Of a stretch of DNA of 64,000 nt, positions 52,998-64,000 are shown piece by piece (position 1 is the first letter of the stretch; each line of letters begins with the position of its first letter). The stretch comes from Epiperipatus broadwayi (Eukaryota > Animalia > Onychophora), in assembly GCA_028023455.1 (NCBI GenBank), contig JAQFVV010000002.1, forward strand, positions 6,572,001-6,636,000, given 5' to 3'. The position numbers and the translations under genes were made by a program. The notes beneath the pieces were generated by a model. The model saw only the letters and a program-made list of their open reading frames with translations, had not been told where the DNA came from and made no database searches.

Positions 52998-53385
52998 CAG
53001 GGGTCCCCAACTTTTTTGCACTTAAGAGCACATTGGTCAGGTGGTGGGCACCATTTATTTTTTCAACCAGGTGGCGGGCACAATTTATTTTTTCAATGTA
53101 AATTTATAGTTGGATATTGTTAATAATACACATAATGTACAAAAAAATATTTATTTCAAAAATAAAATTTTAACATATAATTAACGTTTATATTTTTATG
53201 CTGTAAAAGTATAGTATACCCTACAATTTGATTACAATATAATAAAATAATTTATAAAACATTTTAAAAATTAAATTTATTTGTATCAGATAAATAATTT
53301 TGTATCATGTTCGGATAGTGGTGGGCACACATAAAATGGTCTGCAGGCACCATGGTGCCCACGGGCATAGGGTTGGGGACCCCTG
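52998..53385. mobile_element. hAT (Charlie-like) MITE, 388 bp
   Basis: TIR caggggtccccaac / gttggggacccctg; perfect 8-bp TSD gactagag at 52990-52997 and 53386-53393. Confidence 0.9.
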
Positions 53386-54137
53386 GACTAGAGTATCTCT
53401 TATCTGTTTGTAAGATAAAATTTTGGTATATACCAAATGTTTGTTTGCTGATATTTTACTTCTTCAGTTAATTGATGACTGGGTTGGCATGAGACTTTCA
53501 TACCATCAAACATTTTTTTGCACAGATTGACAATATGATTGTATGCTTGAGAAACTATTTTTTCAGTCTGTAATTTCATGCATAGAAATTTAGTTTTCAA
53601 TCTATTCTTTGTCTTTAATTTTTCAATAATTGAAAAAGGTTTAACAAGCTAAATGATCTTAACAGTGATAGCAATTTTAATTTGAAGAATGGATATATAA
53701 TTGAATAATCTTACTTAGTAGCATTCCCTGCTTACATAAAAGTAGAAAAAGCTAAAAAAGTCAGTTTGAAAAAAATATGACTTGCACAATGTGGCTAAGT
53801 CATTGTCCATAAATAGTTAAACAATCAGTAATAGTAATAATGATGATTGTTTTACTTTTTTTTTTTAAATATACATATATGGAATATGTGAACTGATTTG
53901 ATATAAATTTTTTAATATCTGAATAGACAATAATAGTTCTAGTTATAAATTTTGTCAAAATTGAAAATAGTAATAAATCTCTTATTAAAATTTATCTATT
54001 GGAGAAATGAACTTTAAATAAAAAGGTAGGGATTATAGGTTTTGGAGGAACAAACCATTAAATTAAAAGAGATTGCATAGTTTTTAATTTTCCTATTATC
54101 ATTAGAAAGCTAACAATATTAAAATATCTTTCTTAAA

Positions 54138-54593
54138 TGAAATTAAACATATGTAAATGAGATATTTATTTTATATAGCACAATGTTTTTGAATTGTAAT
54201 AAACTAATAATCAGCTTTTTAAGCTAATGCACATGCGCTTTGTGGATGTTAACAATAAATGCTCTCATTTATCAATACAAGATAAAGTCTTTGTGAAAGA
54301 ATAGAATGAATCCACCTATTTTTTCAACCCAAATGTTTAAGTATGGGCAAATCTTAAGTACTGGAAATGAGAGCATGAAAATATTGAACAATCATTTTAA
54401 ATTACTTTTACTATGTTTGAATGAATGATGCCTGTGAAATTTACTAGAATGTTTGGGTTGACAGAATAGGTGGATTTATTCTATTCTTTCACAAAGACTT
54501 TATCTTGTATTGCAAAATGAGAGTATGCATTTATTGTAAAGATCCACAAAGTGCATGTGCATTAGCTTAAAAAGCTGATTATTAGTTTATTAC
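54138..54593. mobile_element. Foldback family HP-1, copy 2, with one-sided left tail
   Basis: Arms ~54193-54593; 15-bp TSD-like repeat with two mismatches at 54123-54137 and 54594-54608; tail homologous to sequence right of the 18895 copy. Confidence 0.7.
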
Positions 54594-57389
54594 AATATCT
54601 TTTGTAAAGTGATATTCATGGCCACTTTATCAATACTTATGCTTCAGGATTAAATTTAGAAAATTTAAAGTAGTAGTCTTTATTCTTTGTTGGATACTAT
54701 TATTACATCAATATAATTAAAGATTAGATTTTTTTGAGATTTTAATGCATATGTTGATATAAAGTTTATTTCAAAATTATTAGGAATATGGTATTAGCTA
54801 TATGAACTAAAATAATCTGATGATATTGAATTTTGGACATTATATGTATTAAATTATTATAAAAATTTTGAATGTATCCATGGATAAACAATGGCATCTT
54901 GTTGATTGTATTATAGTTAGAAGTCACAATGCAAAAATAAGTAAGTTTACATTATATAACGGCTTAGGATTATTATAAATTTAAAGGATAAATTCATAAG
55001 TGCATTAAAAATTAGTTCATTTCAAAATATTACTATAAAAATTTGTTTATTTGTTGATGAAACTACTATTATCTGTAACAAAATTACCAATTTATGTTTT
55101 TAAGTTAGCCACATTACTGAAGTATAGACTTCTTTTAAGAATTGGATTATGGATATAAATAAGTATTCTTGAATTGTCTAAAACAAGAATCCTGGCCGCT
55201 TCTTGATTAATGATTTTATTATTAGAGACTCTGAAGGATATCAATTTTCTGTTTATGAAAAGGACAAATTGAAATAAGAATTTCATAAGTAAAATAAATA
55301 TTTAAAGATAAAAGTACAAGAACAAATAAATAAAAAAATTCCGAATTTAATTTACAAAGAAAATACAATTTTTTTGTGATTGTAGTCAATTTAGATTTTA
55401 TTTTTAGTAAACCTAAAAATAATATTATAATTTTTATTAAGTATATAAATGACACTATTTTATATGGTAGTGATGATATTTTGAATAGATAGAAAAGGTA
55501 TTTGATCCTTTTTTGAATAATGTCCCAAAAATTCATAACACAGTTTATATTTATCATTTTTACTTATTTAGATTTGAAAAAAATAAAATAAAAAACTAAA
55601 ATAGCTTTTTGTTTTTAAAAATAGAAAACCTGAAAGTGTAAATTAGATATCTGAAAAAGGTTTAAAGTTTGGTGCTGATATGTTAGATTCAAAACTATTG
55701 GCATCTTTTAATGATTATATGGTTTCATAAAATTGTGCATTTGATTGATCTTAATGATGCTTTTGTTGTTACAACTAACAAAACTAAAAAAAAATATTAT
55801 AATAGAGAATAATTATTATACACTATAGTAAAAGAACTTTGACAAGTGTTGTTGGACAAATTGCTTCCATTCATGAACAAATAGTTATCAGAGATTTTAT
55901 GTGGGTTTAAAAAATTAAAAAGAATTATAGAAGTTTTTGCAGACAGAAAAATCAAAAGAATGTTCTTAGTACTTTGAACGCAATGCATAAACAGTTGAAT
56001 TAGTAATTAAAGTTTATAAAACTCAAAAACTTCATTAGTTAGTGATAAAAAATTCTTTAGAAACCATTAACTTGAATTGTTATCAGCCTAAAAATGTAAT
56101 TCAATTTAAATATCTTAAGTAGTTTTTTTTATGTAGAAAGGTGACCTTAGATGTTGATGTACCACACATTATTTCAATATGTTTAAATGCTTCTAACAAG
56201 TTAAATTAAATTTTATTGTAATGATATAATTGCTGCAAATTAGTTAGATTTGTATACGGCTGTCATTTTGCTCAATTTAATGTATAGAAATAAGACAAGG
56301 TCCCCATAGCAGCATAAAGTGTAAACATTTAAATAAGTTTGTTCAAGGATGCTTCATTAGATTTTGAAAATATGATAGGATCACAGGACAGATTGGTATG
56401 TTGTTCAGCTTGCTGAATATGATGCTTTTAAATCTAGTATTGATACTTCTTTAATGGATTAGGCATAATCAAGTTCTGAGAAATATATTGTATGGTAAAC
56501 TTAAGCATATTTTTGTGAGGGAAGGAAAGTTTTATTCAGTTTATAATTATTATCTGAAACTCTAAAGAGTGGAATATTGATTATTTTCAATAAGAAAATA
56601 TGGCTAATGATAGAATATGGAAAACTCCTCCTAGATAAAATACTGAAGTCTTTCACACTGTGCAACTTATTAAAATAAAAAAGATAATTTTTCAAGATGT
56701 CAAATAAATAGATTAAAAAAAGCAATATGTAATATATATAAAAGTTTTTTTTTATTGACTTTTAAAATTATCACTAATTTTTAATAGTTTTTCTATTTTT
56801 TGGTGGAGTTAAAATAGCTTTATTAATTTATGAGTCACTGCTAATTAAATATATATATACTATTGTTAGTTACAAATTTGTATTACATTAAGTAGAATAG
56901 ATGAAAGTAGAATATTTCACCAGTAAGAAACTATAAACCAATGTTTTATACTGTTAACAAAATACACTATCTGAGAGATCTATTTAAATATTTTTTGAAA
57001 TAACTGAAGAGTGTACAAAATCAAGAATTTTAATAATATGATATAGCTTGCATTTATCACCCAGAAATTACAGGAAGAACATTTTCCTTGGTGAATAGTT
57101 TATAGTTAAAAATTGAGATTAATTCTTAATTCAAAAATATTTATGCTAATTTTAAAACAATATTGTGTCTTAGTGTATGATAAGTTTGTAACAAAATCTT
57201 GCCAAACACAAATTTATTTAAAAGAAAGATTTGTCTAAAAACAAAAACTTTCTGGAATGATTATGATGTCCTGTAAAATCTCTCAATACTAATCTAAAAA
57301 GTGTATTTAACAAAAAAATCTGTTGAGAAAACTTTTAAAGTAATATTAATTGTAGATTGATAAAAAAAAATTTAATAGATAAAAGAACC

Positions 57390-58210
57390 CCTCCGAATTC
57401 TGTTTTGTTTTAATAGAGTATTGACTATGAATGTATAATCAAATTATCAAGCCTTTTTCAACTTATAATTATTTTAGCAAAATTAAAATGTATGGATCGT
57501 ATAAATATGTTTGAAATTATTTTACTTACAATTTTCCTCCACATTTCAGTTTTTTTAGTTGTTTATAAATGAACAAAAAAGGCGACTAGATTTTCAGTAT
57601 CTCATATTGTGCTTAATGTGAAATTGTACTTTTTCAAAGCATCAATATATATTTTTTACATTAATGCGATTTTTGCTCTTTTAAAATTTAATTATTTAAA
57701 TCGCTGCATTGCCTTAGTGTTTAATAATTTCAAAATATGTAGATGCTAGACATTAACATATTTAACGATTACATTATTTTACCATATTATTTTATATTAA
57801 TGTAAATATATTAGATTTACTTAGATATAAACAAATACGTATTTTTAATTTAAATGGCGACAACAAAATCAGTTATTTCCGCCTTTTAAAAAAGTTTTCT
57901 AAGAAAGACGGATGTTTTAAATTTTAAAAATTATAACTAAAATAATTTTGAAAAATGTATTCTCTACCAAATCATTTTAAAAATGCACAATATAAATTGA
58001 TGATTATACATATAAATCAATGTAATCACATTATATGAAATTAAATTGAAAGTTATAATAAATCTAATAAGCTATATATAAACCCATCAATAAATGAAGA
58101 AGTATGGAATGGATTTACCTGTATTATAGCTCAGTTATTATCTAAACACTAAATTTATTTATGGGTTATAATGGGGAATATCACTATAAACATTCACTAT
58201 AAACAATCGT
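57390..58210. promoter_or_regulatory. CpG-retaining candidate (bidirectional) promoter island
   Basis: Cluster of about a dozen CpGs; YY1-like aaatggcgac 57852-57861; E2F/ETS-like tttccgcc 57876-57883. Confidence 0.4.
57530..57544 (-). CDS. Candidate first coding exon MWRKI of an unidentified minus-strand gene
   Basis: aaactgaa ATG TGG AGG AAA ATT | GTAAGT at the edge of the CpG island. Confidence 0.3.
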
Positions 58211-59237
58211 AGAGGTAAATACAGTGTTTCATTTTTAGTAACCCTTAGCTTATGGTTCTACCAAACTCTATTAATATATAGTTTCATGCTTTGTGTTGTA
58301 ATGTGCCAATAAATTGGATGTCTAAATATGACCCAATCTTATGTATAAGTGAGTCCACTCTGCATCTTTTTGTTTATTGATGAGTTTGTTCTAGTTTATA
58401 AATAGCTAGCTGAAGGTTTATAGTAATTTACATTTTAATTTATTCTATGATTCAACCATTATTAATATTTAATCATATTACATGATAACTAATTATCAAA
58501 TTTAAGATTTTATTGGTAAAGTATGTTTAGAGAGAAATGAAATTAAGATTGTATTAGATATTAAGCAATCAATATTTTATTAATACCAGAAAATTTAATA
58601 ACCATAATGAATTATAATTTTAATATGATTAAAATATTACAATGTTTATAATGTTTTGACAATAAATTTAAAGACAATCAAGAAAACATACTGTAGGCTA
58701 TGAATAGAGAAAGTGCATACATTTATTTATTAACTCAGCTTTCTTTATAATATAACATATGAAAAATATTTAATGTATTGACAAATATAGCTTGCTAACA
58801 ATTCAGAATGGTTGAATAATTTCATAAACCAATCTAATATAATTATATAAGTTTAAATATGGAATATTTTGTCATGGCTTTTAGCACATCAATGGTGCAT
58901 AATACTTAATCTACTCTGATAATATCAAATATTTCAAATGGTATTATTCTCTTTCTTCTTTGGGTGTTGCTGAACTGAGAAGTGTCAGGAATGGCATGAA
59001 AATCTATCTGGTAATTTTTAGATTTTTGAATATTAAATTCTGGATTTACAAATCTAAGACTGATGCTCTAACTAACTAAGTTATTTTATCAAAGACAATG
59101 GTCAGTAAAATTTTATATATTTATTTATATCAGCATCCTTAAGAAGAAGTTGAGAAATAGATAGATAGATGTTCTTAAAAACATGTATAAAACTTACTTT
59201 TGACAGAGCAGCTAGTGAATTAGAACATTTTCTTCAG

Positions 59238-59303
59238 TACTCTCAAAGATCATCTGTTTAATTCCCATGCTGATACTATCACTGACCAGTCTATAAATAT
59301 CTG
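59238..59303 (+). CDS. Candidate internal exon (TLKDHLFNSHADTITDQSINI), phase 2-2
   Basis: Acceptor cattttcttcag, donor gtaaag, 66 nt, one open frame. Confidence 0.25.
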
Positions 59304-59429
59304 GTAAAGAGAGAGATTTTATTAAAATTCTGAAGAAAATTATATTAATTTTTTATCTTTAACATCTATTAAGCATTTTATTATATCAGAAGCTTTATTA
59401 TTTTATAATGCATCTCTAATTTGAATTAG

Positions 59430-59480
59430 CAAAATAAATTCTATTAACGAGATGGCAAGAAATGTTAAGCCACCACAACT
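59430..59480 (+). CDS. Candidate internal exon (KINSINEMARNVKPPQ), phase 2-2
   Basis: Acceptor tttgaattag, donor gttagt, 51 nt, phase-compatible with 59238-59303 across a 126-nt intron. Confidence 0.25.
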
Positions 59481-59589
59481 GTTAGTCAAATGATGCACAT
59501 TACTTTGTTATTTTAATTCTGAATAATAGAAGATTCTAAAGTAATAAATATGTTCAAATAAGTAATATAAAAGTTATTTTTATATAAGA

Positions 59590-59935
59590 AAAGGGATTTG
59601 ATCCCAGAATTTTTCAGTCTATTCATCTTCCACTCCATCTTAAGCAACTGCTACACATGACCACTCATATACAAAAAAGATGCATGATCCCCAATGTATA
59701 TATTTTATGCAGAATCAGCACTTGCCATTTGGGTCAAATCATAATCTCCTACAAAAATATAAAATCAGTGCTCGGTTTATATTAAGGTAGTAATTCCTCA
59801 AACTTTAATAGACAGGCACTTCTCATCCTTCTAACTATTCACCCATACATTTCATTGAAAAACTGATGATGAAATGTTCAACACTCTTATGGAATTTGAT
59901 ATTGTAGTAATAACCATATAAACATTATATCGATG
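59590..59935 (-). mobile_element. HH-B copy with decayed hammerhead at ~59689-59733
   Basis: Colinear with 47770-48130 and the 23-kb array (gatccccaa..atgc..cagcac). Confidence 0.65.
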
Positions 59936-59956
59936 TAACTCCTCATATTATCTGGC

Positions 59957-59996
59957 CCAACTGATGAGTGCTGGACTTGCATGAAATATATATTGG
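59957..59996 (+). ncRNA. Type I hammerhead ribozyme (HH-B), core intact, AUA site
   Basis: ccaa CTGATGA gtgc tggactt gcat GAAA tata TA ttgg; palindromic ATATAT stem III. Confidence 0.6.
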
Positions 59997-60179
59997 AAAT
60001 CATGTATCTCTTTCACATCACATGATCACTATTTCATACTAGCACATAATTGTTATTAAACAATTCAAAACAAAACAAAACTCTCCATATAGTAGTTCCA
60101 TCTTGTGCTAACAAGAGCAATCAATAGATGCCAGAAGGCTTGTGCATAAAATCCCTATCTAGTGCCTACTCATCCAATA

Positions 60180-60221
60180 TCCCCAGACTAGTTTCTGGCT
60201 TGTGGTCTTCATCAGTGAAGA
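60180..60221 (-). ncRNA. HH-A hammerhead (stem II mismatch)
   Basis: tcttca CTGATGA a gac cacaa gcc a GAAA ctag TC tgggga. Confidence 0.5.
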
Positions 60222-60600
60222 GCCTTGGATCTGAGAGCACTGCACCTAGATTTTAGGATCTAATGCAACCCTTCAGCACCCACCTTTTAACTCTATTTAA
60301 CTACAAAACTATGAAATTGAAAACACAATTAATATTTTCAATCCAAGCTCAATAGCTTATATAGTCATATGGGTCTGAACTCAATTCAGCATCCATATAT
60401 TTTCCTATTAGGCAGGATTGGTGTTAAACCACTAAACATCACATGATCACTATCTCATACTAGCACATAATTGTTATTAAACATTTCAAAACAAAGCAAA
60501 ACTCTCCATATAGTAGTGCCATTTTGTGCTAACAAGAGCAATCAATAGATGCCAGAAGGCTTGTGCATTAAATCCCTATCTAATGCCTACTCATCCAATA

Positions 60601-60642
60601 TTCCCAGACTAGTTTCTGGCTTGTGGCCTTCATCAGTGAGGA
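60601..60642 (-). ncRNA. HH-A hammerhead
   Basis: tcctca CTGATGA a ggc cacaa gcc a GAAA ctag TC tgggaa. Confidence 0.6.
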
Positions 60643-60820
60643 ACCTTGGATCTGAGAGCACTGCACCTAGACTATATAAGCTATTGAGCTTGGATTGAAA
60701 ATATTAATTGTGTTTTCAATTTTATTCTCATAGTTTTGTAGTTAAATAGAGTTAAAAGGTGGGTGCTGGAGTGTTGCATTAGATCCTAAGATCTAGCTGC
60801 AGTGCTCTCAGATCCAAGGC

Positions 60821-60862
60821 TCCTCACTGATGAAGGCCACAAGCCAGAAACTAGTCTGGGGA
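60821..60862 (+). ncRNA. HH-A hammerhead
   Basis: tcctca CTGATGA a ggc cacaa gcc a GAAA ctag TC tgggga. Confidence 0.65.
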
Positions 60863-61550
60863 TATTGGATGAGTAGGCACTAGATAGGGATTTTATGCTT
60901 AAGCATTCTGGCATCTATTGATTGCTCTTGTTAGCACAATATAGCACTACTATATGGAGAGTTTTGCTTTGTTTTGAATCTCTTTCACATGTGTGTTGTC
61001 ATGTGGACCAGTTGCTTGAGATAAGGTGGAGGATGAATAGACTGAAAAATCCTGAGTTCCAATCTTTCTACTTACTGTCTTAGAATTATGTAAAGTTATT
61101 CTTATACTAAGCCTGACTACCTTATCTGGAACAAATTCTCAGCTTATCAAGTTATACCATCAAGCTAAATCTCAAACATGGGAAGTTATGATACTTACAT
61201 ATATATCTAACAAAGTTTATCTGTTAATATTAATTAGCTTTCTGACAAGCATGTAAAATTGAAAAAAATTATAAACTTCTAACTAATTAAAAGCTAATTA
61301 TTTAAAGTTCTATTTATACATTTATATGAACCCTTAAAGCATGTGTTTATAAGATTTCTTTATCAAAGTACAATCACAGTAGTTACAGCCACAATTCTAA
61401 TATTAACAACATGATGATCTTGTCTGATAATAAATAACAATTAGTAATGCCAACAAATTCTTAATATTCCCATCCCCAATTTTTATTTTGTAATTCATCT
61501 TTTACATTGCAATTAAATCTGTGTGTGAATTTGTTAAATATAATCATTAA

Positions 61551-61663
61551 GTCTTGCATTGGTGGTCGAGAGGTCAGCGTGACTGCCTTGCACTTGCAGG
61601 CAGGTTGCCTGGGTTACAGGTTCGCATCCCGGCCGATGCTATGACACTTAAAATAATATATAT
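61551..61663 (+). mobile_element. tRNA-Gly-derived mini-SINE copy (anticodon position TGC) with perfect TSD
   Basis: A-box-like tggtcgagagg, B-box-like ggttcgcatcc, acceptor stem gcattgg/ccgatgc; 13-bp TSD atataatcattaa at 61538-61550 and 61664-61676. Confidence 0.8.
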
Positions 61664-63313
61664 ATATAATCATTAATTGACTAAGTAATTAATTTGTTAA
61701 ATAGTAATTAAACTTTTCCAAAAAGTAATCATTACTAAATGTTTATTATATGGTCACTCAAGAACTCATCAAAAGTTATTGTCAATTAATATAATATAAT
61801 CTCTATTAGTAATGAAGATTTAATTATTTTTTAGCTCAGAGTGTAAGACCAATATCCATCCACTCTAGTTGGAAAGCAGAAGTATCCAATTACTATTTCA
61901 GCGATTAATTATTATGTATTTTAAATTTTATCTTATAGTTTTGAGTGAAGTATAGTAATAATCTATTTCAGAAGTTTAATTTAAAATTTTATTTGTTTAC
62001 TTTTATTTCAGCTTTAAAAAATCAAGACAAAGACATAGTCAATTAATGACTATTTTGCTATTTTCTGTTGTTTTAGATTTTTTTTTATGAATTTTACATA
62101 AATAATCAAATTGGGGTTATTAAGGTCACCTTTTTATGACCTGTAAAAAAGATAAAATGCTAAGATTTTTTTTAAGGAAAATTTTTCCAAGCAAATACTA
62201 TTGTTTAATCCTATAGAGTCTAGATATAATTAAATTAACTTTCTTTCATTTGCACCTCTTCTAACCCAATAGCACAGAAGTCTTTTATCTGGTGTCTCAA
62301 CTTGTTATAACTCTTTGTCATTGTTGTCATTATCAGGTGGAAGTTTCTAAGAACTTGTCATAGTATTAAGTTGTTTATAAAAACATAATACTATGCTATT
62401 CTTTGATTTCACACTGCTTGAGTATGATTGGCATTTTAATAGCTGAAAGCAGTGACTGGAGTAAACTTCTCTAACAGTAATTTGATCAATGGTCTGGAAT
62501 ATGTAATAATTATTAATTCACATAAAAAACATTTCTATCTTTTAATTAAAATCAGAGTAGCCATATTACCAACAAACATGTTTACAAATAATTTCTTGTT
62601 ATCTATATATAAATTATGTGGAATTTATTTTTAAATTTAATTATGTTCTTAAATATAATTTTACAAGTGTAAACATTTCTTATTCTCCTAATGCATTTTG
62701 TATGAAGGAATAGTAAAGTTATTAGTATCACATTTATTTTTAAGATATGATTTGGTAATTTTAAAGGTAAAAATAACTTTATTTTAAAGGCTTTTTACAG
62801 AGAAAGCCTTTCAATCTGACAGAAGAATAAAAATATCATTAATTGGAGGAAGTTTTTGTTTTATCGTGTTATTAATGAATGATAAATGAATAACAAAAAC
62901 ATTTTTTTTTTTTTTTTGGAAATTAATCTTTATTTTATTCAATATTCTTTTACAAAGGTAATTTATGCTTATCTGCATACTCTTAATAAGTTTCTGCAGT
63001 AAAAAATAATCGGCATTTTAATATTTTATTCTGTTTCCCTAAAGAAAATATTATTTTTATTGAAAATCTAAAGTAATGTTTTCTTTATTAAGTATGTGTG
63101 TTTTTTTTTCTATCTATATATATATATATTTGATATCTCAAATCAGGAACTTTGATATCTGGTAATAATTTTATATCTTGATGATGAAATAATGTAAGAG
63201 AAAAAACTAAATACTGTACATGCAAAATATAATAACTGAAATTTATTAAATCTAATTATATATATAATAACTTACCTAATATGGTTAATAAATGGGTGTC
63301 TAACTTTTCTCAG

Positions 63314-63345
63314 CTATAGGATCAAACTCTTATCATCCAAGTCTG
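63314..63345 (+). CDS. Candidate 32-nt exon of an unidentified plus-strand gene
   Basis: Acceptor acttttctcag, donor gtgagt; two frames open (IGSNSYHPSL or YRIKLLSSKS). Confidence 0.3.
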
Positions 63346-64000
63346 GTGAGTATTGTTTTCTCATTTAATGTTCTTCTGTGATGAACAGTTGGAAAGATTT
63401 TCTGCCTGTCTCTGTACACAATTTAAAGATTGCTTTATTGCATATATAAATATGCACGCACAATCGTTTAAAAAATATGATCAAATGTTAGTTACATAAA
63501 TGGCAATCAGTTTATAGATATGATTATTTGCTATTTGAAGATGTTTTATGGATTTTTTTAGTAGCTGTAATATATATTGCATTTGAATTTGAAGTGTTAG
63601 CAGATATAATAATGAATCACAATTGACAATGGATTAGTTTTAAGTTGATCCTCATATGGAATAATATTATAGTAATTGCTGGTCAAATGAACATCTACAA
63701 AGATTTGGACAAACTGTAGAAGACATTGGATCAGATCCCAAGCTATAATATACATATATGTGAAATGTATTAATATTATTTACTTATGCCCTTAATAAAA
63801 ATTTATAGAAATTTACAGTTTTATATATGGTAACATTTGACAAAAAATCATCTGGCCTCTTGTAGGTTACATGTTTTTGTCAATCAAATGTGATATCAGA
63901 GCTCATAAAATAAGTTGAAATCACAATAAAATATAGCAATTCAATTTCTGTTTAATCAGAACCACAGTCAGTTTGATATTAGAGAATGAACAAAATTTTA

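Larger units (their letters stand above)
60018..60977. mobile_element. HH-A copy F: tandem dimer (minus) joined head-to-head to a third unit (plus)
   Basis: Unit repeat acatcacatgatcac at ~60016 and ~60436; strand switch at ~60671; 12-bp TSD atctctttcaca at 60006-60017 and 60978-60989. Confidence 0.9.
59940..61075 (+). mobile_element. HH-B inverted arm interrupted by the HH-A trimer
   Basis: 59940-60017 continues at 60990-61075 (catgtg..cagttgctt.agat..gaatagactgaaaaat.ctg). Confidence 0.7.

Noticed and set aside
55090-56760. RT/RdRp motif (YINDT, YGSDD) and a 55.2/56.5-kb duplication
   Set aside because: Motifs lack supporting neighbours and the similarity is only ~20 nt in AT-rich DNA
140-62634. 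Most ORF-track entries (60-130 aa) as genes
   Set aside because: Low-complexity I/F/L/K/N/Y-rich translations expected in very AT-rich DNA, antisense shadows of TE relics, or TE fragments already annotated

Overview
Very AT-rich, CpG-depleted eukaryotic genomic DNA, probably from an invertebrate animal (species not identifiable). No intact long ORF and no confidently nameable host gene; only a few candidate micro-exons near a CpG-retaining island at 57.4-58.2 kb. The window is mostly retroelement relics (Penelope-like RT/GIY-YIG, RTE, L1/Tx1, Gypsy), one hAT MITE and a tRNA-Gly-derived mini-SINE. The main signal is non-coding: at least two families of small repeats carry type I hammerhead ribozyme (HHR) cores with short, mostly palindromic stem III. 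Family HH-A has a ~420-nt monomer and six insertions, one containing a tandem HHR pair 421 nt apart. Family HH-B forms a ~270-bp tandem array plus dispersed copies. About eleven insertions from several families share one architecture: 10-15-bp target-site duplication (TSD), two outward-facing inverted arms, and a one-sided tail. That fits Penelope-type or retrozyme-like retrotransposition better than MITEs. All alignments, folds and coordinates were done by eye and may be off by a few bases.
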